A DNA stretch of 32,000 bases from Rhodobacter capsulatus SB 1003 (GTDB lineage Bacteria > Pseudomonadota > Alphaproteobacteria > Rhodobacterales > Rhodobacteraceae), in the NCBI RefSeq assembly GCF_000021865.1, contig NC_014035.1, forward strand, positions 100,963-132,962, given 5' to 3'. Both the position numbers and the translations under genes were made by a program. The notes under the pieces are model-generated. The model searched no databases and was not told where the DNA came from. It saw only the letters and a list, made by a program, of their open reading frames with translations. Below, one piece after another: positions 22,883-31,967 of this stretch (the stretch's first letter is position 1; the number at the start of each line of letters is the position of its first letter).

Positions 22883-24139
22883 ATGAAGAACCGACACACC
22901 GCAGCCAGCCTGCTGGTTCTGGCGCTGGCCGCCGCGGGCACCGCTGCTGGCGCGCAGAGCCTTGAATACTGGGTTTATTCCGATTTCGCGCAGGGCGAGG
23001 CTCTGGCGCTGCAACAGGAATTCATCAAGGAATTCCAGCAAAGCCATCCCGGCGTGTCGGTGAACATCGTCGGCAAGGGCGATGACGATCTGACCGCGGG
23101 CCAGATCGCGGGCGCGGCCAGCGGCAACCTGCCCGACATCTTCATGAACGGCATCGGCGTCGGCGCTCAGCTGGCCGATGTGGGCGCGCTGGCCAATATC
23201 CATGACAAATGGATGGCCCTGCCCGAGGAGGTCCGGGCGCAGTACAACGCCGCCGCCGTCGCCAATTGCGCCCCCCGCCCCGGCGAGATGTATTGCCTCC
23301 CCTATACCGGCTACGGCTCGTTGCTGTTTCGCAACCTGACCGTGCTGCAAGAGGCCGGGATCGACACCGCCACCCCGCCGAAGGACTGGGCCGAGTGGCT
23401 GGCGCAGATGGAAAAGGTCAAGGCCGCGGGCAAGTTCGCCATTCCCGATCAGGCGCTGGTGTTCAACTCGATCGCGGAAATCTATGCCGTGACCGGGGAT
23501 GTCTCGACCTGGGGCATCGACTGGGACAAGAAGACCACCCGGATCGACCCTGCCGTGATGACCGCAGTGATGCAGAAATTCGTCGCCATGAAGCCGCTGA
23601 CCTCGGGCACCAGCCGCAACGATCAGGCCACCAAGGACCTGTTCGTGACCAACCAACTCGCCTTCCACACCGTCGGCCCCTGGGTGAACCCGACCTATCA
23701 GGAGGCCAGCGCCAATTCCGGGCTGAAGTATGATTTCGTGCTGATGCCGGGCGAGACCGCGGGCAAGCAGGGCGGCATCAAGAACTTCGAGATCATCGGC
23801 GTGGCCCCGGGCAAGAATGCCGATCTGGCCTTCGAATTCGTCGCCTACATCACCGCCAAGGAGCAGATGGCGCGCTGGGCCAAGCTGCTGTCGCGCTACA
23901 ATTCCAACGATGCCGCGATGGCCGATCCCGAGGTGGCGGCGCTGCCGCTGATCGCGCAATCGGCCGCCGCTGTGGCCGGGGCGATGGACGTGAACCCGCC
24001 CTATCTGATCCATCCGGTGCCGGCCTGCTATCAATCGACGGTGGTCGATTACGTCTCGGCCACCGCCGATGGCGAGTTCACGCCCGAAGAAGGCGCGACC
24101 GAGATGATCGCCGAGCTGAACGCATGCCTCGCTGACTGA
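22883..24139 (+). CDS. ABC transporter extracellular solute-binding protein (family 1, sugar type)
   Basis: Signal peptide MKNRHTAASLLVLALAAAGTAAGAQS followed by family-1 SBP sequence. ATG at 22883 is preceded by GGGAGAG. Confidence 0.9.
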   Translation: MKNRHTAASLLVLALAAAGTAAGAQSLEYWVYSDFAQGEALALQQEFIKEFQQSHPGVSVNIVGKGDDDLTAGQIAGAASGNLPDIFMNGIGVGAQLADVGALANIHDKWMALPEEVRAQYNAAAVANCAPRPGEMYCLPYTGYGSLLFRNLTVLQEAGIDTATPPKDWAEWLAQMEKVKAAGKFAIPDQALVFNSIAEIYAVTGDVSTWGIDWDKKTTRIDPAVMTAVMQKFVAMKPLTSGTSRNDQATKDLFVTNQLAFHTVGPWVNPTYQEASANSGLKYDFVLMPGETAGKQGGIKNFEIIGVAPGKNADLAFEFVAYITAKEQMARWAKLLSRYNSNDAAMADPEVAALPLIAQSAAAVAGAMDVNPPYLIHPVPACYQSTVVDYVSATADGEFTPEEGATEMIAELNACLAD

Positions 24140-24154
24140 CCTTCGACACGACCC

Positions 24155-24180
24155 TCTCCCGCCGCGCCCGCGGCGGGAGA
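24155..24180 (+). terminator. Strong stem-loop after the SBP gene (intra-operon attenuator or mRNA stabiliser)
   Basis: TCTCCCGCCGCG-CC-CGCGGCGGGAGA is a perfect 12-nt inverted repeat, giving effectively an 11-bp stem with a 4-nt loop. No clear U-tract follows. Confidence 0.45.
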
Positions 24181-24233
24181 CCCGGCCTTCTCGACCGCCC
24201 CTTGCCGGGCGCCTTCACCCTCATGGGGGAACG

Positions 24234-25124
24234 ATGCGACACACGCGCCACCACCTGCCCCACTTCCTGATGATCCTGCCGTTTCTGCTGCTGTTCGGCG
24301 CGTTCTTCCTCTATCCGATCCTCAGCGGCTTTTATTACAGTTTCCATGACTGGAACGGCGTCCGCGAGCCCGTCTACGTCGGTCTTGAGAACTACACCAA
24401 GCTTCTGGGATCGCGCGACTTTTCCCGCGCGATGTGGAACCTCTTCCAATACATCGCGATCACCGTGCCGCTTGGCCTGAGCGTCGCCTTCGGTCTGGCG
24501 CTGCTCGTGGACAGCTTCACGGGACGCTGGGCGAACTTCTTTCGCAACGCCTATTTCCTGCCGGTGGTGCTGCCTGCCTTTCTGGCCGCCACGATCTGGC
24601 GCTGGATCTATGCGTCCAATTTCGGCCTGCTCAACATGATGCTGGGCTGGATCGGCGCCGAACCCGTCAGCTTTCTCAATGACACGGGCACCATGCTTTA
24701 TGCGCTGATCGCGGTGGATGTCTGGGTCTCGGCCGGGTTCAACATGGTCATCATCCTGGCCGGACTGAAGAACATCCCCGCAGACCTTTACGAGGCGGCG
24801 CGGCTCGATGGCGCCAGCAAGCTGCAGCAGGTGATCCACATCACCCTGCCGATGCTCGCGCCGGTGATGTTCTTCGTGCTGACCTATTCCGTCATCTCGG
24901 CGATGCAGGTCTTTGACAAGCCCTGGCTGCTGACGGGCTCTTCCTTCTCGGAATATGGCGGGCGCCGCGGCGCGCTGCTGTTCCCGGTGATGGACATGAT
25001 GGGCCGGGCCTTCGGCGGCGTGCAGTTCGGCCTCGCCTCGGCTTACGGCTTCCTGCTCACGCTGGCCATCATCCTTGTCACCGCCCTCCTCTACGCGCTT
25101 CGCAGCTGGAGCAACCGCCGATGA
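24234..25124 (+). CDS. Sugar ABC transporter permease (MalF/UgpA-like)
   Basis: Six-TM BPD-transporter fold with the EAA loop LYEAARLDGASKLQQVIHITLP. Confidence 0.9.
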   Translation: MRHTRHHLPHFLMILPFLLLFGAFFLYPILSGFYYSFHDWNGVREPVYVGLENYTKLLGSRDFSRAMWNLFQYIAITVPLGLSVAFGLALLVDSFTGRWANFFRNAYFLPVVLPAFLAATIWRWIYASNFGLLNMMLGWIGAEPVSFLNDTGTMLYALIAVDVWVSAGFNMVIILAGLKNIPADLYEAARLDGASKLQQVIHITLPMLAPVMFFVLTYSVISAMQVFDKPWLLTGSSFSEYGGRRGALLFPVMDMMGRAFGGVQFGLASAYGFLLTLAIILVTALLYALRSWSNRR

Positions 25125-25975
25125 TCTCTCCTCTTTCCCTCGCCCCGCGGCTGTCGGTCTGGACCGTCCTGAAATGGGTCATCGCCCTGCTGATCGCGGT
25201 CATCACGATCTTTCCGATCTGGTGGATGGTCAATGTCGTCTTCTCGCTGCCCGGCGAGCCGGTCTCGATCAACCCCCGGCTCTGGCCGACCTCGCTGTCG
25301 GCCGGGTTCGACAAGATCGGGATGATCTTCACCCAGACCGGCTATCTGCGCGCCTATGGCATTTCGCTCGCCTATGCGCTGCTGACGATCCTGGGCGTGC
25401 TGTTCATCGGCTCGCTCGCGGCCTTTGAATTCGCGCTGTTCGACTTTCCGGCCAAGCGGCTGATCTTCGGCATCGTGATGCTGTCGCTGATGGTGCCCAC
25501 CGCCGTGACCATCATCCCCACCTATCTGCTGACTTCGCAGCTGGGCTGGCTGAACTCGATGCAGGGGCTGGTCGTGCCCGGTCTCGCCTCGGCCTTCGGG
25601 CTGTTCATGCTGGTGCAGTTCATGCGCGCCATTCCGCAAGACATGATCGAGGCCGCGCGGCTCGATGGCGCGGGGCATTTCCAGATCTACTGGCATGTCG
25701 CCCTGCCGCTGTGCCGCAACGCGCTGATCACGCTGGCGATCCTGACCTTCATGCAGACCTGGGGCAACTACATGTGGCCGCTGATCATCACCACCTCGCC
25801 CGAGATGTACACCGTCGGGCAAGTCGTGGGCCTGTTCAACGCGCCCCTCTCGCATCAGACGGTCGATGTCGTCATGACCGCCAACCTTCTCGCCGCCGTG
25901 CCGCCGCTGCTGTTCTTCCTGATCTTCCAACGCAAGATCGTCGAAGGCATCGCGATGTCGGGCACCAAGGGCTGA
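25121..25975 (+). CDS. Sugar ABC transporter permease (MalG/UgpE-like)
   Basis: EAA loop MIEAARLDGAGHFQIYWHVALP. Its start overlaps the preceding stop (ATGA). Confidence 0.9.
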   Translation: MISPLSLAPRLSVWTVLKWVIALLIAVITIFPIWWMVNVVFSLPGEPVSINPRLWPTSLSAGFDKIGMIFTQTGYLRAYGISLAYALLTILGVLFIGSLAAFEFALFDFPAKRLIFGIVMLSLMVPTAVTIIPTYLLTSQLGWLNSMQGLVVPGLASAFGLFMLVQFMRAIPQDMIEAARLDGAGHFQIYWHVALPLCRNALITLAILTFMQTWGNYMWPLIITTSPEMYTVGQVVGLFNAPLSHQTVDVVMTANLLAAVPPLLFFLIFQRKIVEGIAMSGTKG

Positions 25976-25993
25976 ACCGGAGCACACGAAACC

Positions 25994-27097
25994 ATGGCCT
26001 TTCTTGAAATCAAATCCCTGTGCAAAAGCTTCGAGGCCTATCCGGTCTTGCAAGATATCGACCTGTCGATCGAAAAAGGCGAATTCGTCGTCTTTGTCGG
26101 CCCCTCGGGCTGCGGGAAATCCACGCTCTTGCGGATGATCACCGGGCTTGAGACGCCCACTTCGGGCACGATCGCGATCGAGGATACGGTGATCAACGAC
26201 GTCGATCCGGCCAAACGCGGCACGGCGATGGTGTTTCAATCCTACGCGCTTTACCCGCACATGACGGTGTTCGAGAACATCTCCTTCGGGCTGCGCATGG
26301 CGCATCAGCCCAAGGCGCTGATCCGTGAACGGGTCGAAAAGGCCGCCGCCATCCTGCGGCTGGAAAAGCTTCTGGACCGCAAGCCGGGGCAGCTTTCGGG
26401 CGGGCAGAAGCAGCGCGTCGCCATCGGCCGCGCCATCGTGCGCGAACCGCGGGTGTTCCTGTTCGACGAGCCGCTGTCGAACCTTGACGCGGAGCTGCGC
26501 GTGCAGATGCGCGCCGAGCTGCTGGAGCTGCACGAGCGGCTCGGCACCACGATGATCTATGTCACCCATGATCAGGTCGAGGCGATGACGCTGGCCGACA
26601 AGATGGTGGTGATGATGGGCGGCAAGGTCCAGCAATATGGCCGCCCGCTCGATCTTTATGACGATCCCGACAACAAGTTCGTCGCGGGCTTTGTCGGTTC
26701 GCCGAAGATGAACTTCCTGTCGGCCAGGGTCGTCACCGCCGGGCCCGCGGGCCTGCGGGTCGATCTGGCGGCGGGTGGCGCGGCCTTGGTGCCGCTGGCG
26801 GTGACGCTGGCGCCGGGCGCGCGGGTCGCTCTTGGCCTGCGCCCCGAGCAGATTTCCGTCGTCGCCGCGGGGCAGTCGCTTCCCGCCGATGCGGTGATGG
26901 TGACCGGCCGTGTCGCGCTGATCGAGGATCTGGGCGCCGAATCCTATCTGCATCTGCACCTTGCCGACGACAGCCGCATCGGGGTGCGGACGGTCCGCCA
27001 TGCCGCGCATCTGGGCGACGAGGTCCGCGTTGCCGCGCCCGCCTCTGCCGTGCTGGTCTTTGACGATGCCGGAACGCGTCTGCGGGGCCGGGCATGA
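25994..27097 (+). CDS. Sugar ABC transporter ATP-binding protein (MalK/UgpC family)
   Basis: Walker A GPSGCGKST, signature LSGGQKQRVAIGRA, Walker B FLFDEPLSNLD, plus a C-terminal MalK-type regulatory (TOBE) domain. Confidence 0.95.
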   Translation: MAFLEIKSLCKSFEAYPVLQDIDLSIEKGEFVVFVGPSGCGKSTLLRMITGLETPTSGTIAIEDTVINDVDPAKRGTAMVFQSYALYPHMTVFENISFGLRMAHQPKALIRERVEKAAAILRLEKLLDRKPGQLSGGQKQRVAIGRAIVREPRVFLFDEPLSNLDAELRVQMRAELLELHERLGTTMIYVTHDQVEAMTLADKMVVMMGGKVQQYGRPLDLYDDPDNKFVAGFVGSPKMNFLSARVVTAGPAGLRVDLAAGGAALVPLAVTLAPGARVALGLRPEQISVVAAGQSLPADAVMVTGRVALIEDLGAESYLHLHLADDSRIGVRTVRHAAHLGDEVRVAAPASAVLVFDDAGTRLRGRA

Positions 27098-28035
27098 TCT
27101 TGCAGACCGCGTCCGGGGCCGCTGCCCCGGTGGTGGGCGTCGACATCGGCGGCACCAAGACCGAGATCTGCCTGGCACGCCTGGACGGAGCCCGGCTGAT
27201 CAAGCTGCGCGAGACGGTCCTGCCCAGCCGCAGCTGGCGCGGCGCCGATGCGGCCGCCGATGCCGCCAGTCTTCTGGCGCAGGTGCGGCTTCTGGTCGGC
27301 GACAGCCCCGTCGCGGCGCTGGGCGTGGGCGCGCATGGCTGCGACGATGACGCCGAATGCGAGACGCTGGCCGCGGCCTTGCGGGCCCGCAGCGCCCTGC
27401 CCCTGCGGGTGGTGAACGATGCCGAGCTGATGCCGCTCGCCATGGGCCGGGTGGGGCAGATCGGGCTGGTTGCGGGCACGGGCTCGATTGCCGTGTGCCG
27501 CACCGCCGAGGGGCGGATGATCTCGGCCGGGGGCTGGGGCTGGCTGATCGGCGACGATGGCAGCGCCGCCGGTCTGGTGCGCGAGGCGGCGCGGGCGGTG
27601 TCGCTTGCGCTCGATGGCGGCGCCACGACCGAAGACCCGCTGATCGGGCTTCTCTATCATTCGCTGGGCCAGCCGGAACTGCCGCGGCTGGGCAGCACGC
27701 TGGCAGGCCTTGGCACGGCGGCGGCGATCGGCGCCCATGCGCCCGCGGTGTTTGCCGCCTGCGACGCGGGCTCGCCGCTCGCCGCTTCGGTCATCCGCGC
27801 CGGGGCCGAGGCGCTGGCGGGGCTTGTGGTGAACCTGCGCGCCCGCGGCAGCACCGCCTCGCATGTGGTGGCCGGCGGCAGCGTGATCGTGGCGCAGCCG
27901 CCGCTGTGGCAGGCCTTCGCCACCGCCGTCGCGCGGCGCAGCGGCGGCGCCGTCACCGCGCATCTTTTCCAGGGTCATCCGGTCGAGGGCGCCTGCCGCC
28001 TTGCCGCCGATCTGGTGACGCCCGCCCTTTCCTGA
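27094..28035 (+). CDS. BadF/BadG/BcrA/BcrD-type ATPase; N-acetylglucosamine/glucosamine-kinase-like sugar kinase
   Basis: VVGVDIGGTKTEICL phosphate-1 motif, VVNDAEL, LVAGTGSIAV, GGWGWLIGDDGSA. Translationally coupled (ATGA) to the ABC ATPase gene. Confidence 0.8.
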   Translation: MILQTASGAAAPVVGVDIGGTKTEICLARLDGARLIKLRETVLPSRSWRGADAAADAASLLAQVRLLVGDSPVAALGVGAHGCDDDAECETLAAALRARSALPLRVVNDAELMPLAMGRVGQIGLVAGTGSIAVCRTAEGRMISAGGWGWLIGDDGSAAGLVREAARAVSLALDGGATTEDPLIGLLYHSLGQPELPRLGSTLAGLGTAAAIGAHAPAVFAACDAGSPLAASVIRAGAEALAGLVVNLRARGSTASHVVAGGSVIVAQPPLWQAFATAVARRSGGAVTAHLFQGHPVEGACRLAADLVTPALS

Positions 28036-28062
28036 CCTATCGACAGCAGAAGGACCTCGACC

Positions 28063-29067
28063 ATGAGTTACAGATCCACCATCGCCCGCCAGCCCGAGGC
28101 GCTGGCCGATACGCACGCGGCGCTGCGCAGCCAGCTTGACGCCGCCGATCTTTCGGACCTGTTCGGGCCGGTGATCGGCGTCACCGGCATCGGCGCCAGC
28201 TTTGCCGCCGCCGTCGTCGGCGCGGCCGAGCTGCAGGCCCGGGGACGGCGCGGCATCGCGCTGCGCGCTTGCGATCTGGCCGCGGGCCATGATCTGGCCG
28301 ACACGCTGGTCGGCCTTTCGGCGGGCGGGCGCAGCATCGAAACCGTTCTGGGCTTCGAAAAGCTGCCCTCGGCGCGGCGCATCGGCATCAGCAAGGACGG
28401 CGCCGGTCCGCTGGCCGCGGTTTCCGACCTGCATCTTGAAATCCGGCAGGGCGCGGATGCGACGCCGTCAAGCGTCGGCTACACGGCCACGCTTCTGGGC
28501 ATGGGGATGCTGTTCGAGCGGCTTTCGGGCGCGCAGGACGACAGCTTTGCCGATCTGCCCGGCGTGGTGACCGGGGTGCTGGCACAGGCGGCGGCAAAGA
28601 TGGAGCGCATCGGCACGCTCTTTGCCGCGCGCCGGGCGATCGACTGCGTCGGCGCCGGGGCGGCGCTGGGCACGGCCGATGGCGCCTCGCTGCTTCTGCG
28701 CGAGGCCGCCCGTCTGCCCGCCGCGGCGCATGACACCCGGCATTACCTGCACGGGCCGCTCGAGGCGATGGATGCCACGACCGGCGTTCTGATCATCGGC
28801 GACGGGCGCGAGGTGGAGCTGGCGCATCAGGTCGAGCGGATCGGCTGCCCGGTGGTTCTGATCACCACCGATGCGACGGTGACGGATGGCGAGCGGCTGA
28901 CCGTGATCACGGTGCCGCGCCGCGACAACCTGATCGCGCAGGGCATCCTTGACATTCTGGCGCCGCAGCTGATCGCCGCCACGCTCTCCGATGCGGCGGG
29001 CCTGACCGATGTGAAGTTCCGCTACCGGATGCAGGACACCAAGATCGCCGCGCCGACGGCGGCCTGA
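28063..29067 (+). CDS. Double-SIS-domain sugar-phosphate isomerase/deaminase (GlmS C-terminal-like; NagB-II/AgaS type)
   Basis: SIS motifs GVTGIGASF and GLSAGGRSIET, followed by a second SIS-like half. 334 aa, last gene of the plus-strand operon. Confidence 0.75.
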   Translation: MSYRSTIARQPEALADTHAALRSQLDAADLSDLFGPVIGVTGIGASFAAAVVGAAELQARGRRGIALRACDLAAGHDLADTLVGLSAGGRSIETVLGFEKLPSARRIGISKDGAGPLAAVSDLHLEIRQGADATPSSVGYTATLLGMGMLFERLSGAQDDSFADLPGVVTGVLAQAAAKMERIGTLFAARRAIDCVGAGAALGTADGASLLLREAARLPAAAHDTRHYLHGPLEAMDATTGVLIIGDGREVELAHQVERIGCPVVLITTDATVTDGERLTVITVPRRDNLIAQGILDILAPQLIAATLSDAAGLTDVKFRYRMQDTKIAAPTAA

Positions 29068-29073
29068 CCCGCT

Positions 29074-29101
29074 CCGGTGGCGGCCGGACCGCCGCCGCCG
29101 G
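29074..29101 (+). terminator. GC stem-loop after the plus-strand sugar operon
   Basis: CCGGTGGCGG (29074-83) pairs with CCGCCGCCGG (29092-101) over 10 bp including one G-U, with an 8-nt loop. No U-tract follows. Confidence 0.35.
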
Positions 29102-29310
29102 ACCCACCCGCATGGCCCCCCGCGCCTTGTGTGATCGCTGCGGACGAGGGCGTTCACAGCGATCAGCAGGCCGCGGATGGGGCGCAAAACTCTCGGGCCG
29201 ACCCGCGGCAATGCGGCGTCGGCCCTTTCTTCACGCGGCTTCGATCAAGATCCCGCCCCCGTCGCCGGGCAGGCTGCGCGCCCCGTCTTGCGGCGGGACA
29301 CGCGATGCAA

Positions 29311-29338
29311 GAAAGGCCCGGGCCGGATGCGACCGGCC
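29311..29338 (-). terminator. Stem-loop plus U/C-rich tail after the FrlB-like gene
   Basis: GGCCGG (29321-26) and CCGGCC (29333-38) form a stem with a 6-nt loop. The minus-strand RNA continues ...GGGCCUUUCUU. Confidence 0.4.
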
Positions 29339-29346
29339 GGCGTGCC

Positions 29347-30360
29347 TCAATAGGCGACGCGCTTGTAATAGCGCCGGGTCACCAGCGGATGGTTTCGCAT
29401 CACCTCCAGATGGGCGCTCAGCCGCTCCATCAACGTCGCCATCACCGCAGGCGAGAGCAGCGCGCGCAGCTCGGGCGAGAGCTCGCGCGGCAGGTAATCC
29501 GCCGTCGAGATCACCGTCAGCTTGTCGGTATATTGCCGGGCGAATTGCGCGACGCGCTCGGCCAGCGGGTCGCAGTCATCCTCGCCGCGGAACAGGATCA
29601 GGCTGACACCCGGTTCGATCAGTTCAAGCGGGCCATGGAAGAAATCCGAGGCATGCGTCGGGCGGGTGCGGATCCACTGCATTTCCTCAAGGATGCAGGT
29701 CGCGTAGTAAAGCGCCTCGGGCCACATGTTCCCGGCGCCGGTGAACATGTGATAATCCGACCCGGCGATGATCGCGGCGAAATCCTTGGCCTTGGGTTCA
29801 AAGGCCTTTTTCGCCGCAACCAGCGCGGCGGGCACGCTGGCCAGTTCGCGCAGCAGCGCGTCGTAATTGGCGATCTCGCCGCGCGCCTTCATCACCGAAA
29901 GCGCCACCAGCAGCGACTGGATGTAGAAGGATTCCGAGGAGGTGTCATCCTCGGCAAAGTTGACCAGAGCCGGGTTGCCGCCCTGACCCAGCGGGGTTTC
30001 GGCATGGCCCACCAGCGTGATCACCGTCGCGCCGATCTCTTGCAGCTTCGCCATCATCGCGACGCTTTCCTTGGTCGTGCCCGAAAGCGAGGGCATGACC
30101 ACGATCGAACGCGCCGTCAGATTGGCCGAGCCCGTGATCACCAGCTCGGCCGGATAGTCCTTGAACACCGGAAAGCCCGAGCGACGTTGCAGCAGCTGGA
30201 CCGCCGGTTCCATCAGATAGGCGACGCCGCCGGTGCCGAGGAAATACAGGTTGGTCGCACCGGCACCGATCGCCGCGCCGATCGCCGCGTCGATGCGCGG
30301 GGCCAGATCGACCGCGCCTTGCTGGATGCGCAAGAAGCGGGTTTCGTCAAAATTGAACAT
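29347..30360 (-). CDS. FrlB-like double-SIS protein (fructosamine-6-phosphate deglycase family)
   Basis: SIS motifs FLGTGGVAY and VVMPSLSGTTKES. 337 aa from the ATG at 30360, which is preceded by GAAGGA. The overall layout is that of FrlB/GlmS-isomerase-domain proteins. Confidence 0.75.
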   Translation of the reverse strand: MFNFDETRFLRIQQGAVDLAPRIDAAIGAAIGAGATNLYFLGTGGVAYLMEPAVQLLQRRSGFPVFKDYPAELVITGSANLTARSIVVMPSLSGTTKESVAMMAKLQEIGATVITLVGHAETPLGQGGNPALVNFAEDDTSSESFYIQSLLVALSVMKARGEIANYDALLRELASVPAALVAAKKAFEPKAKDFAAIIAGSDYHMFTGAGNMWPEALYYATCILEEMQWIRTRPTHASDFFHGPLELIEPGVSLILFRGEDDCDPLAERVAQFARQYTDKLTVISTADYLPRELSPELRALLSPAVMATLMERLSAHLEVMRNHPLVTRRYYKRVAY

Positions 30361-30408
30361 GGCATGTCCTTCGCAGTTGTGCCCGTTTGCGGGCATGAGG
30401 GGATTGGG

Positions 30409-30429
30409 GCCGCACGCGGAACGTGCGGC
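30409..30429 (-). other. Intercistronic stem-loop between the ArgH-like and FrlB-like genes
   Basis: GCCGCACG-CGGAA-CGTGCGGC is a perfect 8-bp stem. A second small hairpin, GCCCG-TTTG-CGGGC on the plus strand (loop CAAA on the minus-strand RNA), lies at about 30381-30394. Confidence 0.5.
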
Positions 30430-30467
30430 AGAGGGTTTGCGGGGAGGAAACGGGAAAGGGCGGCGGA

Positions 30468-31967
30468 TCAGTCGATCAGGGCGGCCACCCGGGTGGAAAG
30501 GGCTCTGGCGGCACCGCCCAGATGCCCGATGCGGGCCGCGCGCGCAGTCTCGTCGGCATCAAGCCGGCCCTGCATCTCCTGCAGCATCGCCTCGACCGCT
30601 TCGGGGGCGGTGCCGCCCGGAACCTTGCGGGCCGAAACCGCCTGCACCGGGTCCATCCAGCGGCGCAGCTTGTCCTCGGCCAGATCGAAGCTGCGCCCGA
30701 TCTCTTCCTCGGCGGCGGCATTGAGCACCTGCACCGTGAGCTGGCGCGCATCGCCACCCGCGGCGATCACCATCTGCACCGCCCGCCCGACGACATGATG
30801 GGCATCGCGGAACGAGACGCCGAAGTCGCGCACCAGACCATCGGCAAGGTCGGTCGCGGTCGAGAAATTCGCGGAACACCGCGCCAGCAGGCGTTCGGCA
30901 TCGGGGGTTGCGGTCTCGAAGATCAGCCGCAAAAGCGGCAGCGTGGCGCGGAACCGCTCGAAAGTCGGCCAGGCGTCGGTGACGCCCTCGCGCACGCTGT
31001 CGAGGCCGATCGAATAGTTCGACCCTTTCACCGCCGAAAGCGCCCCCGCCAGCGCCCCGATGCTGCGCCCGGCCTCGGCACGGAAATATTCAAGCGGCAG
31101 CATGTTCTTCTTTTGCGGCATGATCGAGGAAGTGCCCGCCACCCGGTCGGGAAAGCCGAGCGCGCCGAATTCCCAGGTGGTGAAGACGTAGAAATCCTGT
31201 GCCACGCGCGAAAACAGCACCTGCGCGCTGGTCACCGCCCAAAGCATCTCGGTGACGAAATCGCGCGAGGCCACGGCATCGAGCCCCGGCGTCGCCAGCC
31301 CCGAAAAGCCGAGCATCTGCGCCACCCGCGGCCGATCGATCGCAAACGAGGTCCCCGCCAGCGCCGCCATGCCCAACGCGCAGGCATCGGCCCGGTCATA
31401 GACCGCAGCCAGCCGGTCGTAGTCCCGTTCCATGCCGCGCGCGACATTGGCCAGATAATAGCCGAAGGTGATCGGCTGCGCCGGTTGCAGATGGGTGTAG
31501 CCCGGCATCACCGTCATCTTGTGGCGCGCCGCCGCCGCAAGACAGGCGCGGCGGGTTGCGGCCATTTCCGCCAGCAGCCCAAGACAGACCTCGCGCGCGG
31601 CCATCCGGTCAAGCGTCGCGCCGATGTCGTTGCGGCTGCGCCCGATATGCAGCCAGCCCGCCGTCGCCTTGCCGATCACCTGCCCCAGCCGGTTTTCGAA
31701 GGCGAAATAGCTGTCTTCGAACTGCGGATCGAGGTCGATCGCCCCCGGTCCCTCGGCGCGGATCGTGGCGATGCCGCGCAACAACGTGCGCGCGATCTCG
31801 GCCGGGATCAGGCCGCATTCGGCCAGCATCACGGCATGCGCCTCGTTGAGCGCGCACATCCGTTCCAGCGCGGCGGCGTCGAAGCCCTGCATCGGCGGCG
31901 CATAGATCGTGCGCGCCACCTCGGCCGCGGTGCGTTCCGTCAGGCGGGAGCTTACGGAGTTCTTCAT
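30468..31967 (-). CDS. Argininosuccinate-lyase-family (fumarate-lyase superfamily) paralogue
   Basis: WLHIGRSRNDIGAT, GYTHLQPAQPITFGYYLA and the catalytic-loop signature GTSSIMPQKKN. ATG at 31967 is preceded by AGGACAG; the ORF is open to a TTG at 31988. Confidence 0.85.
   Translation of the reverse strand: MKNSVSSRLTERTAAEVARTIYAPPMQGFDAAALERMCALNEAHAVMLAECGLIPAEIARTLLRGIATIRAEGPGAIDLDPQFEDSYFAFENRLGQVIGKATAGWLHIGRSRNDIGATLDRMAAREVCLGLLAEMAATRRACLAAAARHKMTVMPGYTHLQPAQPITFGYYLANVARGMERDYDRLAAVYDRADACALGMAALAGTSFAIDRPRVAQMLGFSGLATPGLDAVASRDFVTEMLWAVTSAQVLFSRVAQDFYVFTTWEFGALGFPDRVAGTSSIMPQKKNMLPLEYFRAEAGRSIGALAGALSAVKGSNYSIGLDSVREGVTDAWPTFERFRATLPLLRLIFETATPDAERLLARCSANFSTATDLADGLVRDFGVSFRDAHHVVGRAVQMVIAAGGDARQLTVQVLNAAAEEEIGRSFDLAEDKLRRWMDPVQAVSARKVPGGTAPEAVEAMLQEMQGRLDADETARAARIGHLGGAARALSTRVAALID

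Noticed and set aside
25091-27178. 695-aa minus-strand ORF, together with 26944-28434 and 26733-27626
   Set aside because: They are antisense to the ABC permease, ATPase and kinase genes. They have an Arg/Gly/Asp/His-rich composition and no domain motifs.
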